Part shown: piece by piece, positions 1 through 8,646 of the stretch | Position numbering within the stretch: the first letter of the stretch is position 1 | Layout: every line of letters starts with the position of its first letter | Source of the DNA: Candidatus Latescibacterota bacterium | GTDB taxonomy: Bacteria; Latescibacterota; UBA2968; GCA-2709665 | Length of the DNA: 64,000 nt | Assembly (NCBI GenBank): GCA_965248435.1 | Contig: OZ252100.1 | Location: forward strand, 2,176,001-2,240,000 | Direction: 5' to 3' | The notes under the pieces: generated by a model | Seen by the model: the letters and a program-made list of their open reading frames with translations, nothing else | Databases searched by the model: none | Told to the model about the DNA's origin: nothing | Program-made: the position numbers and the translations under genes

Positions 1-111
1 CACCACGCCTACTGCGAGCAGAGCCACGAGGCACATCGTCACCGTCACGGGCCGGGTCACCGAAATGCGTGGCAGCAACGATGCGGTCTCTTTCGGAATT
101 CTATTTGGCAT
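1..111 (-). CDS. N-terminal fragment of a second RND (AcrB/AcrD/AcrF family) permease, running off the window
   Basis: Hand translation from ATG at 111 gives MPNRIPKETASLLPRISVTRPVTVTMCLVALLAVGVV, nearly identical to the N-terminus of the 156..3332 RND protein. Confidence 0.85.
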   Translation of the reverse strand, partial: MPNRIPKETASLLPRISVTRPVTVTMCLVALLAVGVV

Positions 112-125
112 GCTATTATTCACCC

Positions 126-151
126 GTAGAGACGCCCCGGTGGGGCGTCTC
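126..151 (+). repeat. GTAG-type REP palindrome
   Basis: GTAG-AGACGCCCC-GGT-GGGGCGTCTC; same element at 12098-12123 and 48138-48165. Confidence 0.8.
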
Positions 152-155
152 CTGA

Positions 156-3100
156 TTAATCCGCCGGTTCTGGACCCCCGAGCGAAACCGTTCTGGTTCG
201 TAAAAAGGCCGTGGACACGATCCTGCGAAGAGCCAACCGCAGATCATCCAAATACGTATAGAACAGCGGCACGACGAACAGCGTCAACAGCGTCGCGCAT
301 AGCAGTCCCCCCATCATCGCCCGACCCATCGACGAATACGGCACCCCCATCAGCGTCCCCGAAGCGGCCGACAGCGGTACCAAGCCGAATATCGTCGTGA
401 ACGTCGTCATCAGGATCGGCCGAAAACGATTCGCGGCAGCCTCCATAATCGCCTCCATCCGACCCTTCCCCTCCGCCCTCACCCGGTTCACCATATCCAC
501 GAGAACGATCGCGTTGTTCACCACCACCCCGATCAGCACGATGATCCCTACCTGCGCCATCTGGTCCATCACCGTACCGGTCAGGTAGAGCGTCCAGTAT
601 ACCCCCAGAAAGGCGAACGGGATGCAGAACAGGACCGAAAAAGGAATGATCAGCGACTCGAACAGCACGCCCATCAGGAGGAACACGAACGTGATGGCCA
701 ACACCACGGCGAACTGCATCGTCTCCTCCGATTCCTTGAACCTCTCGAACCGCTCTCCCTTGGTCCATTTGTATCCCGGCGGCATCTCGAACCCGGTCAT
801 CGCCCGATCGATCTCTCCGTAGAGCGCATCCAGGTCCTCCTGATTTGTGAACAACTGGCATCCTAGGAGGATCTTTCCTTCACTCCTGAATATGGTCCTC
901 AACCCCCCGGTGATTCGAAACGAGGCGAAGGCAGAGAGCGGGATTTCCTCTCCGGACCCGGACCGAAACTTGAGGCCCTTGAGCTGTTGGATCGACTGGC
1001 GATCCAACTTGCTCAGGTGAAGACGTATGACCTTCTCTTCGTTCTCGGAGACGTAGCCGGCAAGCTCCACGCCCGCCAGCTGATAATGGAGGCTTCTGGC
1101 CACCCGGCTCGTTGAGATCTCATACTTCCGGGCTGCCTCTCGATCAATCTCGACGCGAACCTCGTCAGATCCGCTGTGTCCCTGCCCGGAGATCCCCGTG
1201 ACCGAGGGGATTGTCGCCAATCTTCGCTCCACCTCGGTGAGGAGCTTGGCCAGGACCTCACGATCATCCCCCGATAACTCGACAAAGAGGTGCGGAATCC
1301 CCACGTTGTCCCCATCGAGGTACATCTGGTGCCCCACAAATTTGGGCACGTGCTTTCGTATGTCTTCAATGACGGTCTTGCGATCCATTCGGTCGTCAAT
1401 CGGGGTTCCGATCTTTTTCCTGAAATCCCGGTAGGCCTGGAACCACCAGGCGACACTCCCCTCATCCTCCAGGATGATCCAAAACCGCAATTTCCCCCTC
1501 GATCCGGGCCAGTAGGAAAACCGGACATTTCGAATACCGTAGGCAGCCCGCCTGCTGTCCAGGAAGGCCTCGACCTCCCGCGCGACCTCACTCAACTCCT
1601 CCCACGGAAGCCACCTCGGTGGACTCAGATTCATGTGGATGCTGTTGATCGACCCCCGCAGGGAATCCGACCGTTTGACCTTTTCCATCGGGTAAAACAT
1701 CGTCGCGAACAGGGCGAGTGTGATCAAAACGGCATCTCTCCGGTGACGCAACGCCCAGGAAAGCCCTCCGAGATAGATCCCTCGCAGCCTCTCGATGCTC
1801 TTTGGATCTCCGTGTACTCGGGCCTCGGAAAACCGCTTTGCCGCCAGGGGGATGAGGAAAAGGGCCACGAAGAGCGAACCGATCAGCGCGACGATCACAG
1901 GCACCCCCACCCTGGAAAGAAAGAATGAGAGATCCACGTCGCCGCTCATCAACATCAGCGGAAGGAACACGACCACTGTCGTGAGCGTGGCCGTCGTGAT
2001 CGCAAGACCGACCTCGCTCGCGCCAGTTATGGAGGCATCCTGAGGATTCACGCCTTTCACGCGCATTCGGTAGATATTCTCCACGACGACGATCGCGTTG
2101 TCCACCACCATCCCGATCGCGACCATCAGACCCATCATCGTCAGCAGATTGAGAGACCAGTCCATGAAATAGAGCACGGCGACTGAAATCGTCACGCAGA
2201 GGGGAATAGCCAGCGTGATCAACGCGGTCATCCGAAACGTGCGAAGGAAGAAGAACAGGACCATGGCCGCGAAAAGCGCCCCCCAAAGTCCGGTGTTCTG
2301 AAGGTTCTGCATCGATTCTCGGATCAGTCTTCCCTGGCTGAAAAAGACTTCGAAATCGAACCCGATTTCCGTTTCGATCCTTTCCAGCTCGCGCTCGACG
2401 TTATCACACAATTCCACGATGTTTTGCCCAGAATCCTTGTAGACTCCGATCGCCATCGCCGGACGCCCGTCGAGAGTGCTGAACCAGTGCCGAATAGGCA
2501 CGTTCGGCGTTACGCTGGCGACCTCGCTCAGGAGCACGTTGCCCTGGCGCGTGGAGATTGGCACGTCCTCGATATCTTCCAGGCTTTCAAAGCGCGCCAG
2601 GGAGCGGACGTAGAATTTCTTCTCCCCTTCACGAACCGTGCCGCCCCCCATGACAAAGTTGTCGCCCTGGAGCGTCCTCACGAGTTCATACGGATTCACC
2701 CCGCGCGCTCGAAGTCGATCTTGATCCAGCTCGATCATCACCACCGTTTGAGGCGTTCCCCATATCCCGACCCCGGCCACACCGGGAATCCGCTCCAGCC
2801 TTGGCTGCACAAGCCGCTCCAACTCGTGCCGTGGGTCCTCGAACGCCCTCGGAAGGGCCACACCCGCCCAGAGCACCACCCTGTCCGACTCCGGATTGTG
2901 TTTGTGGACCCTGACTGTTTCTCTATACTCCTCCGGCAGCTCGCGCTTCAACTGCTCCACCCGATCAACGAGTCGGTTGTAGACCTCGGACATGTCGAGG
3001 CCTCTGCGGAAGTAGAGTCTGGAAGAGGTATTGGTTTCCGTGCTCTTGATATCGAACTTCCTCAACCCTTTCAGCGTACCGAAGTGTTCCCACATCGGGC

Positions 3101-3332
3101 GAGCAACCTGCTGGTCTTTTTCGTGCGGCGATGTGTCTGACGGGGTGTAGGTACTGACGTAGATAAAGGACGACTCCAGCCCGGTCGCGAAGGCCTGGAT
3201 CCGGATCCGGGAATAGGCAACCACCCCGACCGCGAGAATGGCCACCAGGCACATCGTGACCGTCACCGGACGGGTCACCGAAATGCGCGGAAGCAGGGAA
3301 CCCGCAGATGTTTTCGTTTCACGATTCATCAC
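156..3332 (-). CDS. Efflux RND transporter permease subunit (AcrB/AcrD/AcrF family)
   Basis: 1058 aa; two large periplasmic loops; TM motifs GMVVDNAIVVVENI, GVVVNNAIVLVD, RFRPILMTT. Confidence 0.95.
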   Translation of the reverse strand: MMNRETKTSAGSLLPRISVTRPVTVTMCLVAILAVGVVAYSRIRIQAFATGLESSFIYVSTYTPSDTSPHEKDQQVARPMWEHFGTLKGLRKFDIKSTETNTSSRLYFRRGLDMSEVYNRLVDRVEQLKRELPEEYRETVRVHKHNPESDRVVLWAGVALPRAFEDPRHELERLVQPRLERIPGVAGVGIWGTPQTVVMIELDQDRLRARGVNPYELVRTLQGDNFVMGGGTVREGEKKFYVRSLARFESLEDIEDVPISTRQGNVLLSEVASVTPNVPIRHWFSTLDGRPAMAIGVYKDSGQNIVELCDNVERELERIETEIGFDFEVFFSQGRLIRESMQNLQNTGLWGALFAAMVLFFFLRTFRMTALITLAIPLCVTISVAVLYFMDWSLNLLTMMGLMVAIGMVVDNAIVVVENIYRMRVKGVNPQDASITGASEVGLAITTATLTTVVVFLPLMLMSGDVDLSFFLSRVGVPVIVALIGSLFVALFLIPLAAKRFSEARVHGDPKSIERLRGIYLGGLSWALRHRRDAVLITLALFATMFYPMEKVKRSDSLRGSINSIHMNLSPPRWLPWEELSEVAREVEAFLDSRRAAYGIRNVRFSYWPGSRGKLRFWIILEDEGSVAWWFQAYRDFRKKIGTPIDDRMDRKTVIEDIRKHVPKFVGHQMYLDGDNVGIPHLFVELSGDDREVLAKLLTEVERRLATIPSVTGISGQGHSGSDEVRVEIDREAARKYEISTSRVARSLHYQLAGVELAGYVSENEEKVIRLHLSKLDRQSIQQLKGLKFRSGSGEEIPLSAFASFRITGGLRTIFRSEGKILLGCQLFTNQEDLDALYGEIDRAMTGFEMPPGYKWTKGERFERFKESEETMQFAVVLAITFVFLLMGVLFESLIIPFSVLFCIPFAFLGVYWTLYLTGTVMDQMAQVGIIVLIGVVVNNAIVLVDMVNRVRAEGKGRMEAIMEAAANRFRPILMTTFTTIFGLVPLSAASGTLMGVPYSSMGRAMMGGLLCATLLTLFVVPLFYTYLDDLRLALRRIVSTAFLRTRTVSLGGPEPAD

Positions 3333-4360
3333 GGATAAGTCCCCAAATCGACATCGCGGATCTCTTCATCTGCCGCCTTCTGAATGACCAGCGCGATGCG
3401 GGAAGCCTGGATGACCGATTCGGTACAAAGCTCATCCTCACCTGTCTCGCCCCGAATATCCCGCACGAAAGACTTCAGGTGTCCCCCGGGGTTGCCCTCC
3501 GGCAGCACGCGCCTGCTCACCGCCTTGTCGTGATCCAGCGCAAGCACGATCTCATTCAGATTCTGGGAAACCTCCAGGACGCCCCTCCGTCCCCAGAAGG
3601 TCATGCGCCAGTAGAAGGGTAGTCCGTATCCTCCGCCAAAAGGCGAGAAGTAAGACACATCTCCCATCACGCCGCACCCGTTCTCCATCGTCAGCATCAT
3701 CTGTGCGCCGTCCTTGAAGTGGGGATGCTCGCGTGCGAACGCGTTCCAGCACCGCGCGACGTTCACGGTCGAGAACTTCAGACCCGTCATCCACGGAATA
3801 CAGTCGAGCGCGTGGACGCCGACGTCGGCGATCGTCCCGCCGTGTTTCCCGGGCTCGAAGTACCACGCCGGACGAGAGCCAAGATTCAAGGGGTGCTGCC
3901 CGCCGAACGCGATCGCGTGAATCGGCCCGATATCTCCGTCTCGAATCACGTTTCTCGCCCCGATCACGTTGGGCTGATCTCGAAGGGTCAGCATACAGCC
4001 GACCTTCAGGTCGTGCGCACGGGCGAGCCGTTCGATCTCATCCAGCTCGTTCAGATCCGTACAGATCGGCTTGTCCGAAATCACGTGCTTCCCTTTCGAG
4101 AGCGCCTGAATCGCGAGGCTCCCTCGCCGGCCGAACCAATCTCCGATCGCGACCACGTCGCACGCCACATCCGCCAGCATTTTCTCGAACTCGGAATGCG
4201 TGATCTGGACCCCTTTACTCTCGGCTTCCCCCCGAGCCGCTTCATCTTCTTCGCAGGCGGCCGACAGCTCGATCCCCTCCACCTCCTGCTCCAGGACCCG
4301 TTTGTAAAGTGTCCGGATGTGACCGTGACGAAAACCCATAAATGCAAACTTGAGCGGCAT
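3329..4360 (-). CDS. Gfo/Idh/MocA family oxidoreductase
   Basis: Start reassigned to MPLKFAFMG; motifs GKHVISDKP and GGTIADVGVHALD; stop overlaps the RND start (GTGA). Confidence 0.9.
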   Translation of the reverse strand: MPLKFAFMGFRHGHIRTLYKRVLEQEVEGIELSAACEEDEAARGEAESKGVQITHSEFEKMLADVACDVVAIGDWFGRRGSLAIQALSKGKHVISDKPICTDLNELDEIERLARAHDLKVGCMLTLRDQPNVIGARNVIRDGDIGPIHAIAFGGQHPLNLGSRPAWYFEPGKHGGTIADVGVHALDCIPWMTGLKFSTVNVARCWNAFAREHPHFKDGAQMMLTMENGCGVMGDVSYFSPFGGGYGLPFYWRMTFWGRRGVLEVSQNLNEIVLALDHDKAVSRRVLPEGNPGGHLKSFVRDIRGETGEDELCTESVIQASRIALVIQKAADEEIRDVDLGTYP

Positions 4361-4423
4361 ATGCTTTAACCTACCTGCAAGAATAGCCACAGCATCCGCG
4401 TCGTGCCGTGGCTTGGGGGGTAT

Positions 4424-4457
4424 AAAACAAAAACGCCATCCAGAAAAGGATGGCGTT
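4424..4457 (-). terminator. Rho-independent terminator
   Basis: 10-bp stem AACGCCATCC/GGATGGCGTT followed by a T-rich tail on the minus strand. Confidence 0.8.
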
Positions 4458-4678
4458 AAACGCAATCGCTCCCCCAGACACGAGTCGGTTCAGTAAGAAC
4501 CGGGACCTGGCGTCCTGGAGAAGCGGGTGTATTGACTTGACCGAAGAATGTCGCATCGGAGTTGACAAACGCGGGTCGTGTGTTCTCCAGAACTACGGCT
4601 GATGACAGCGCATAAACTTCATAAGTGCTTGAACGCCTCCGTTTTTGCGTAGCTAGAGTGCTAGGGGTCTCATTTCGA
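4424..4678 (-). ncRNA. Candidate structured leader (attenuator/riboswitch) or sRNA, family unrecognised
   Basis: Bounded by a sigma70 promoter and a terminator; internal stems TCTGGAGAA/TTCTCCAGG and CCCCTAG/CTGGGGG; no long ORF with good signals. Confidence 0.5.
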
Positions 4679-4684
4679 TGAATT

Positions 4685-4713
4685 AACATACAATTTGCGA
4701 CCCGTTAAGTCAA
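4685..4713 (-). promoter_or_regulatory. sigma70-type promoter
   Basis: TTGACT-17 bp-TATGTT. Confidence 0.7.
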
Positions 4714-4755
4714 CCCGTATCTCCCCCGATAGCGCTTCGGGCGATCGAACCAGCG

Positions 4756-6012
4756 TTAGGTCTTTACTTCCTCAACTTTTAGCGAATCTCTCCGCTCTCT
4801 CCACCCGAACCCGAGCAGGATCACCATCACGCTGGCCAAAAGCGACAGCGCCCCGACACGAAACGTGAGGACGTAACCCGCTTCAAGAATCGTCCTTCCG
4901 GCCCACACACTGCCTGCTGCAGACAAAAGCTGGAAGCTCGTCACCTTCAGGCTCTGTGCCCTTCCCCAGTACCGCCGGTCCACGAAGTCGGTTGCAAGTG
5001 CCATTTCTATCGGCACGTTCGCATTCTCGAAGGAGCTGAAAAGCACGTAGAGGATTGCTCCAAGCAGAAGGCTCTCGATGCCGCCAAACCAGGCCAGGGA
5101 GAGCGCCGCCAGGAAGCGAACCGGGACCAGCGATCGAACTTTGCCGTATCGTCTTGAAATCGCTGGCAGCGCCATCGTACTCGCGAGCGCCGCGCTCTGC
5201 GCACAGAAGAAGATCACGCCGATCGTCGCTGCCGATGCGAGGAGTCCTTCCTGGAAGAACACGTTGAAGAAGGGGAAGCAGGTTCCCAAGGCCAGTCCCT
5301 TGAAGCCGTTGTTGAGCGTCAGCAGGGCCAGAACATTCCTGACTTCTGCTCTCTCCGAGGTCGTGGATGGGCTACTGGTCGGCTCAGGGACCTGAGGTCC
5401 CTGAGCCCGTGTACCTAAGAGTGGAATGGCGGCCAGCAGGGTCATACCGGCCCCGAGGAGCAGTGCATACCGGAACGGTTCTGGCCGTTCCGTCGTCAAT
5501 CCCGACAACGCGGCCATCAGGGCAGGCAGTGACCCCCCGACCAGGCTGACGATCATGCGCGTGAATACCTGGGTCGAATACCCGATGGCGAGGACGCGCC
5601 CTCGATTGCGGGGCGAACTGTTTTCTGCCAGGAACGGGACGTGATTGACGAAGACCAGCGAAGAGGAGATACCGCCCAGGAAGGCGAAAACGAGAAGCAG
5701 AGTAGAAGACGTGCTCAGGCAGAGGACGAGCTGAGCCAGAAACAGGATGATGGCGGCCGCCAGGAGAAACGGCCCCCGGCCGATTCGGTCGCTCCATAGC
5801 CCGATCGGGATCGCGAACAGACCGCTCGCCAACGGACCCATGCTCGCGATCTGCCCGATGAAATCCTCGCGGTAGCCCAGACGGAGGAGGTAGAGATTAT
5901 AGAGGAGAAAGAAAAGACCGAAGCCGGAAAAATAGAAGATACCGAACAGGATGTAACGTCGCACATTCCTGTCGTATCTTCTGGGGTCCATCCCCCGAAA
6001 CAGACCAATCAC
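4756..6012 (-). CDS. MFS transporter
   Basis: 418 aa, about 12 hydrophobic segments, motif A GLWSDRIGRG. Confidence 0.9.
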   Translation of the reverse strand: MIGLFRGMDPRRYDRNVRRYILFGIFYFSGFGLFFLLYNLYLLRLGYREDFIGQIASMGPLASGLFAIPIGLWSDRIGRGPFLLAAAIILFLAQLVLCLSTSSTLLLVFAFLGGISSSLVFVNHVPFLAENSSPRNRGRVLAIGYSTQVFTRMIVSLVGGSLPALMAALSGLTTERPEPFRYALLLGAGMTLLAAIPLLGTRAQGPQVPEPTSSPSTTSERAEVRNVLALLTLNNGFKGLALGTCFPFFNVFFQEGLLASAATIGVIFFCAQSAALASTMALPAISRRYGKVRSLVPVRFLAALSLAWFGGIESLLLGAILYVLFSSFENANVPIEMALATDFVDRRYWGRAQSLKVTSFQLLSAAGSVWAGRTILEAGYVLTFRVGALSLLASVMVILLGFGWRERRDSLKVEEVKT

Positions 6013-6048
6013 ACCCCGCCTCCCCGGGCCACCGGTTCTTCCGGCCGG

Positions 6049-7053
6049 CTAGCCCTTCAGAGACGTCGCATACTTCAGCTCAAGGTCGGGCCGGCCGTCG
6101 TCAAACTCCAGAACAACCGACGGCGTGATATTGGGATACTCACGCTTCAGGAGATCGAACGTCTCCTGGAGAACCTCCACCTTTTCTTGTGCATCAAGAT
6201 GATCCCACGTCCGAGACCGAATCCGAAACCTTCGGATCCTGGCCTGGTCCATCAGAACCTGGTGCGCTTCCCGCCCTCTCAATTCTACGTCGACGGAAAG
6301 ATAGACTTCCGGATTGATCTCTCGAAGGTCACGGTTGAAGGCCTTGACTTCCGGCCATCTCCGAGCGATCTGTTGCCGAGGGTCTTCCTCGCGCTGCCAC
6401 CCGTCGTTCCAGTCGCCTCGAAGATCGATCTTCCCGACCACCGGATCCCTGCCCGGTACGAGCGCCAGCGACTGACCCACCGAAACGGTTCTCGCACCTT
6501 TCCAACCCTGCTCCGCACCCCCGTTGCCGGGGAAGGTCACCTTTGCCAGCCCATCATAGACGGACACGACGGATGAATCTGATTTCGGAATATGAATCCG
6601 GAAAACGGCGTCCTCTGCGAACCCCGAAGCAACGGAACTCTCCAGAACAATCCCGCCCTGTTCGTCATTCCACGGACTCACTTCTGCCCAGACAGATCCC
6701 TGCTCTACCCGACCACCCCGGCGTCCCCCTTCCAGCAGCGTGAGCCCGGTCTCGCGATCCAGCCGGAAGCGTCCCCGGCCGTCCCATAGAAGGAGCTCGG
6801 CTCGGCCCTCGGCGGTCCGGATCGCGTCCCCCGGCACCAGCACCTCTCCCAATCGCGCGTCCTGCCAGGTTCCCTCCTGTTTCTGCACTTCTACCTTTCC
6901 CTGAATAAACGAAATGGATGCCGAGCCGGGTAAAGGTTTCTTCTCAGCAGTCCGGGCCCTCGTCTGCCCCGGACGCAGCGGCAGGTAGGCGCAAAAACCA
7001 AGCAGAAAAAGGGAAAACAGGAAGGTTGGAAGCAGAAATTGTCTGGATCTCAT
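6049..7053 (-). CDS. Exported FecR-domain protein with an unrecognised C-terminal domain
   Basis: N-terminal hydrophobic segment; GKVEV...GDAIRT...AELLL FecR-like beta pattern. Confidence 0.75.
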   Translation of the reverse strand: MRSRQFLLPTFLFSLFLLGFCAYLPLRPGQTRARTAEKKPLPGSASISFIQGKVEVQKQEGTWQDARLGEVLVPGDAIRTAEGRAELLLWDGRGRFRLDRETGLTLLEGGRRGGRVEQGSVWAEVSPWNDEQGGIVLESSVASGFAEDAVFRIHIPKSDSSVVSVYDGLAKVTFPGNGGAEQGWKGARTVSVGQSLALVPGRDPVVGKIDLRGDWNDGWQREEDPRQQIARRWPEVKAFNRDLREINPEVYLSVDVELRGREAHQVLMDQARIRRFRIRSRTWDHLDAQEKVEVLQETFDLLKREYPNITPSVVLEFDDGRPDLELKYATSLKG

Positions 7054-7217
7054 TTGACCATCCGATTGATTTCAGAGGGCTTACCCCTCTCTTCTTTCTA
7101 TCGGCGGCCGGGTCTGTAGCCTTTACTCACACGCGAGTAATGTATCTCGTATTATGTATCTCGTATCTCTTGTAACTATAACCCCTTAGAGTCAAAATAA
7201 TCCCTGGCCTGCGGTCC

Positions 7218-7275
7218 AGTCTGCCCAACGGGCAGACTTTCCATTCAAAAAGCGCGGGAATTTATTCCCGCGCGG
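7218..7275. repeat. Composite double-palindrome repeat (REP / IS200-IS605-end-like)
   Basis: AGTCTGCCC..GGGCAGACT plus GCGCGGGAATTTATTCCCGCGC; a similar composite lies at 30549-30605. Confidence 0.65.
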
Positions 7276-7303
7276 TGGGGATTCAGGGTCGCGCCATCAA
7301 TCT

Positions 7304-7327
7304 GGGCGAACACAATGTTCGCCCTAC
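7304..7327 (-). repeat. GTAG-type REP palindrome
   Basis: Minus strand reads GTAGGGCGAACATTGTGTTCGCCC. Confidence 0.7.
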
Positions 7328-7372
7328 GCCCTGTTTCGGCGTCCTCTACCCCAATCCCCAATTTGATTCTGC

Positions 7373-7590
7373 GGTACCCGGTACCCGTGTGTTGGTTCCC
7401 CGGTACCCGTGTGTTGGTTCCCTCGGTACCCGCGTGTGTTGGTTCCCCGGTACCCGTGTGTTGGTTCCCTCGGTACCCGTGTGTGTTGGTTTCCCGGAAC
7501 CCGTGTGTTGGTTCCCCGGTACCCGTGTGTTGGTTCCCCGGTACCCGTGTGTTGGTTCCCCGGTACCCGTGTGTTGGTTTCCCGGTACCC
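7373..7590. repeat. Intergenic minisatellite, nine 22-24 bp units
   Basis: Consensus GGTACCCGTGTGTTGGTTCCCC repeated head-to-tail with no spacers. Confidence 0.95.
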
Positions 7591-7675
7591 TTTTTTTCCC
7601 GGCCTTCCTTGATACAAAAAAGGCCCGATCCCTGAGGACCGAGCCCGCGAAATCCTTGGAAATCCCTGGTTGTTG

Positions 7676-8476
7676 CTAATCGGACCCATCCAGCGCCTCG
7701 ACGAGGCGGGAAGCAATCGATCGATATGCGCTTGCCGGCCCGGAATCCGGTTCTGCCAGGGTCACGGGCGTCCCCGAGTCTCCGCACGACCGTATATTGA
7801 TGTCCAGGGGGATCTCTCCGAGAAGCGGTACCTCGAACCGCTCCGCCACACGCGCCCCGCCACCGTGGCCGAAGATCTCCGTCGCCTTCCCACACTTTTT
7901 ACAGATGTAGGCGCTCATGTTCTCGATCACGCCCAGTACAGGCACCTCGACGGTCCGGAACATCTGGACGCCTCTCCGGACATCTTCCAGCGCGACGTCC
8001 TGCGGCGTGGTCACGATCACCGCGCCGTCCAGCGGTGCCGATTGGGTCAGCGTGAGCTGCACGTCTCCGGTCCCTGGCGGCAGGTCGACCAGAAGATAAT
8101 CCAGCGGCGCCCACACAACGTCGTGGAGGAACTGTATCACCATCTTGGTCAGCATCGGACCTCGCCAGATCACCGGCATCCCATCTCCGGCGATCAGTCC
8201 AAGCGAGATGAACTTCACCCCGTGCCGCTCCAGAGGAAGCATCTTGCCCGTCTCGCTCATTTCAGGGCGTTCTTTCAGCCCCATCATGATCGGCACGTTC
8301 GGCCCATAGATGTCCGCGTCCATCAGTCCAACCTGCGCACCCTGCTTCGCCAGCGCCACAGAGAGGTTTGCCGCTGTCGTGGACTTACCCACCCCCCCCT
8401 TGCCGCTTGCCACGGCCACGACGCGTTTGACCCCGGGAATCGGGGGACGTTGGACCGAACTCGCATCTGCGTTCAA
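7676..8476 (-). CDS. mrp: Mrp/NBP35 family iron-sulfur cluster carrier ATPase
   Basis: VASGKGGVGKST, DADIYGP, WRGPM, DLPPGTGD, ENMS and CxxC motifs. Confidence 0.95.
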   Translation of the reverse strand: MNADASSVQRPPIPGVKRVVAVASGKGGVGKSTTAANLSVALAKQGAQVGLMDADIYGPNVPIMMGLKERPEMSETGKMLPLERHGVKFISLGLIAGDGMPVIWRGPMLTKMVIQFLHDVVWAPLDYLLVDLPPGTGDVQLTLTQSAPLDGAVIVTTPQDVALEDVRRGVQMFRTVEVPVLGVIENMSAYICKKCGKATEIFGHGGGARVAERFEVPLLGEIPLDINIRSCGDSGTPVTLAEPDSGPASAYRSIASRLVEALDGSD

Positions 8477-8646
8477 ATCATCAGTCCTTATGATCTAAGG
8501 TTCAGTTTCCAAGCGAGGCGAAATATACGGGAGACGCCCCAAAACGTCAACCCCTTCAAGTGCAATGGAAACAAAGTATTTGTGCCTGTCAAACCGAGCC
8601 TTCTATATTTGATCTCTCTCAGATTTCCACTGCGCAAGGACAGCTA

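Noticed and set aside
4424-4678. tmRNA, RNase P or SRP identity
   Set aside because: No tRNA-like ends or Ala-Ala tag, no RNase P P4 consensus and no SRP GGAA domain.
7373-7590. CRISPR array
   Set aside because: Units are contiguous with no unique spacers, and no cas genes are in the window.
7245-7895. Repetitive ORFs across the minisatellite
   Set aside because: Units are mostly not multiples of 3, ORFs are open in several frames on both strands, and there are no translation signals.
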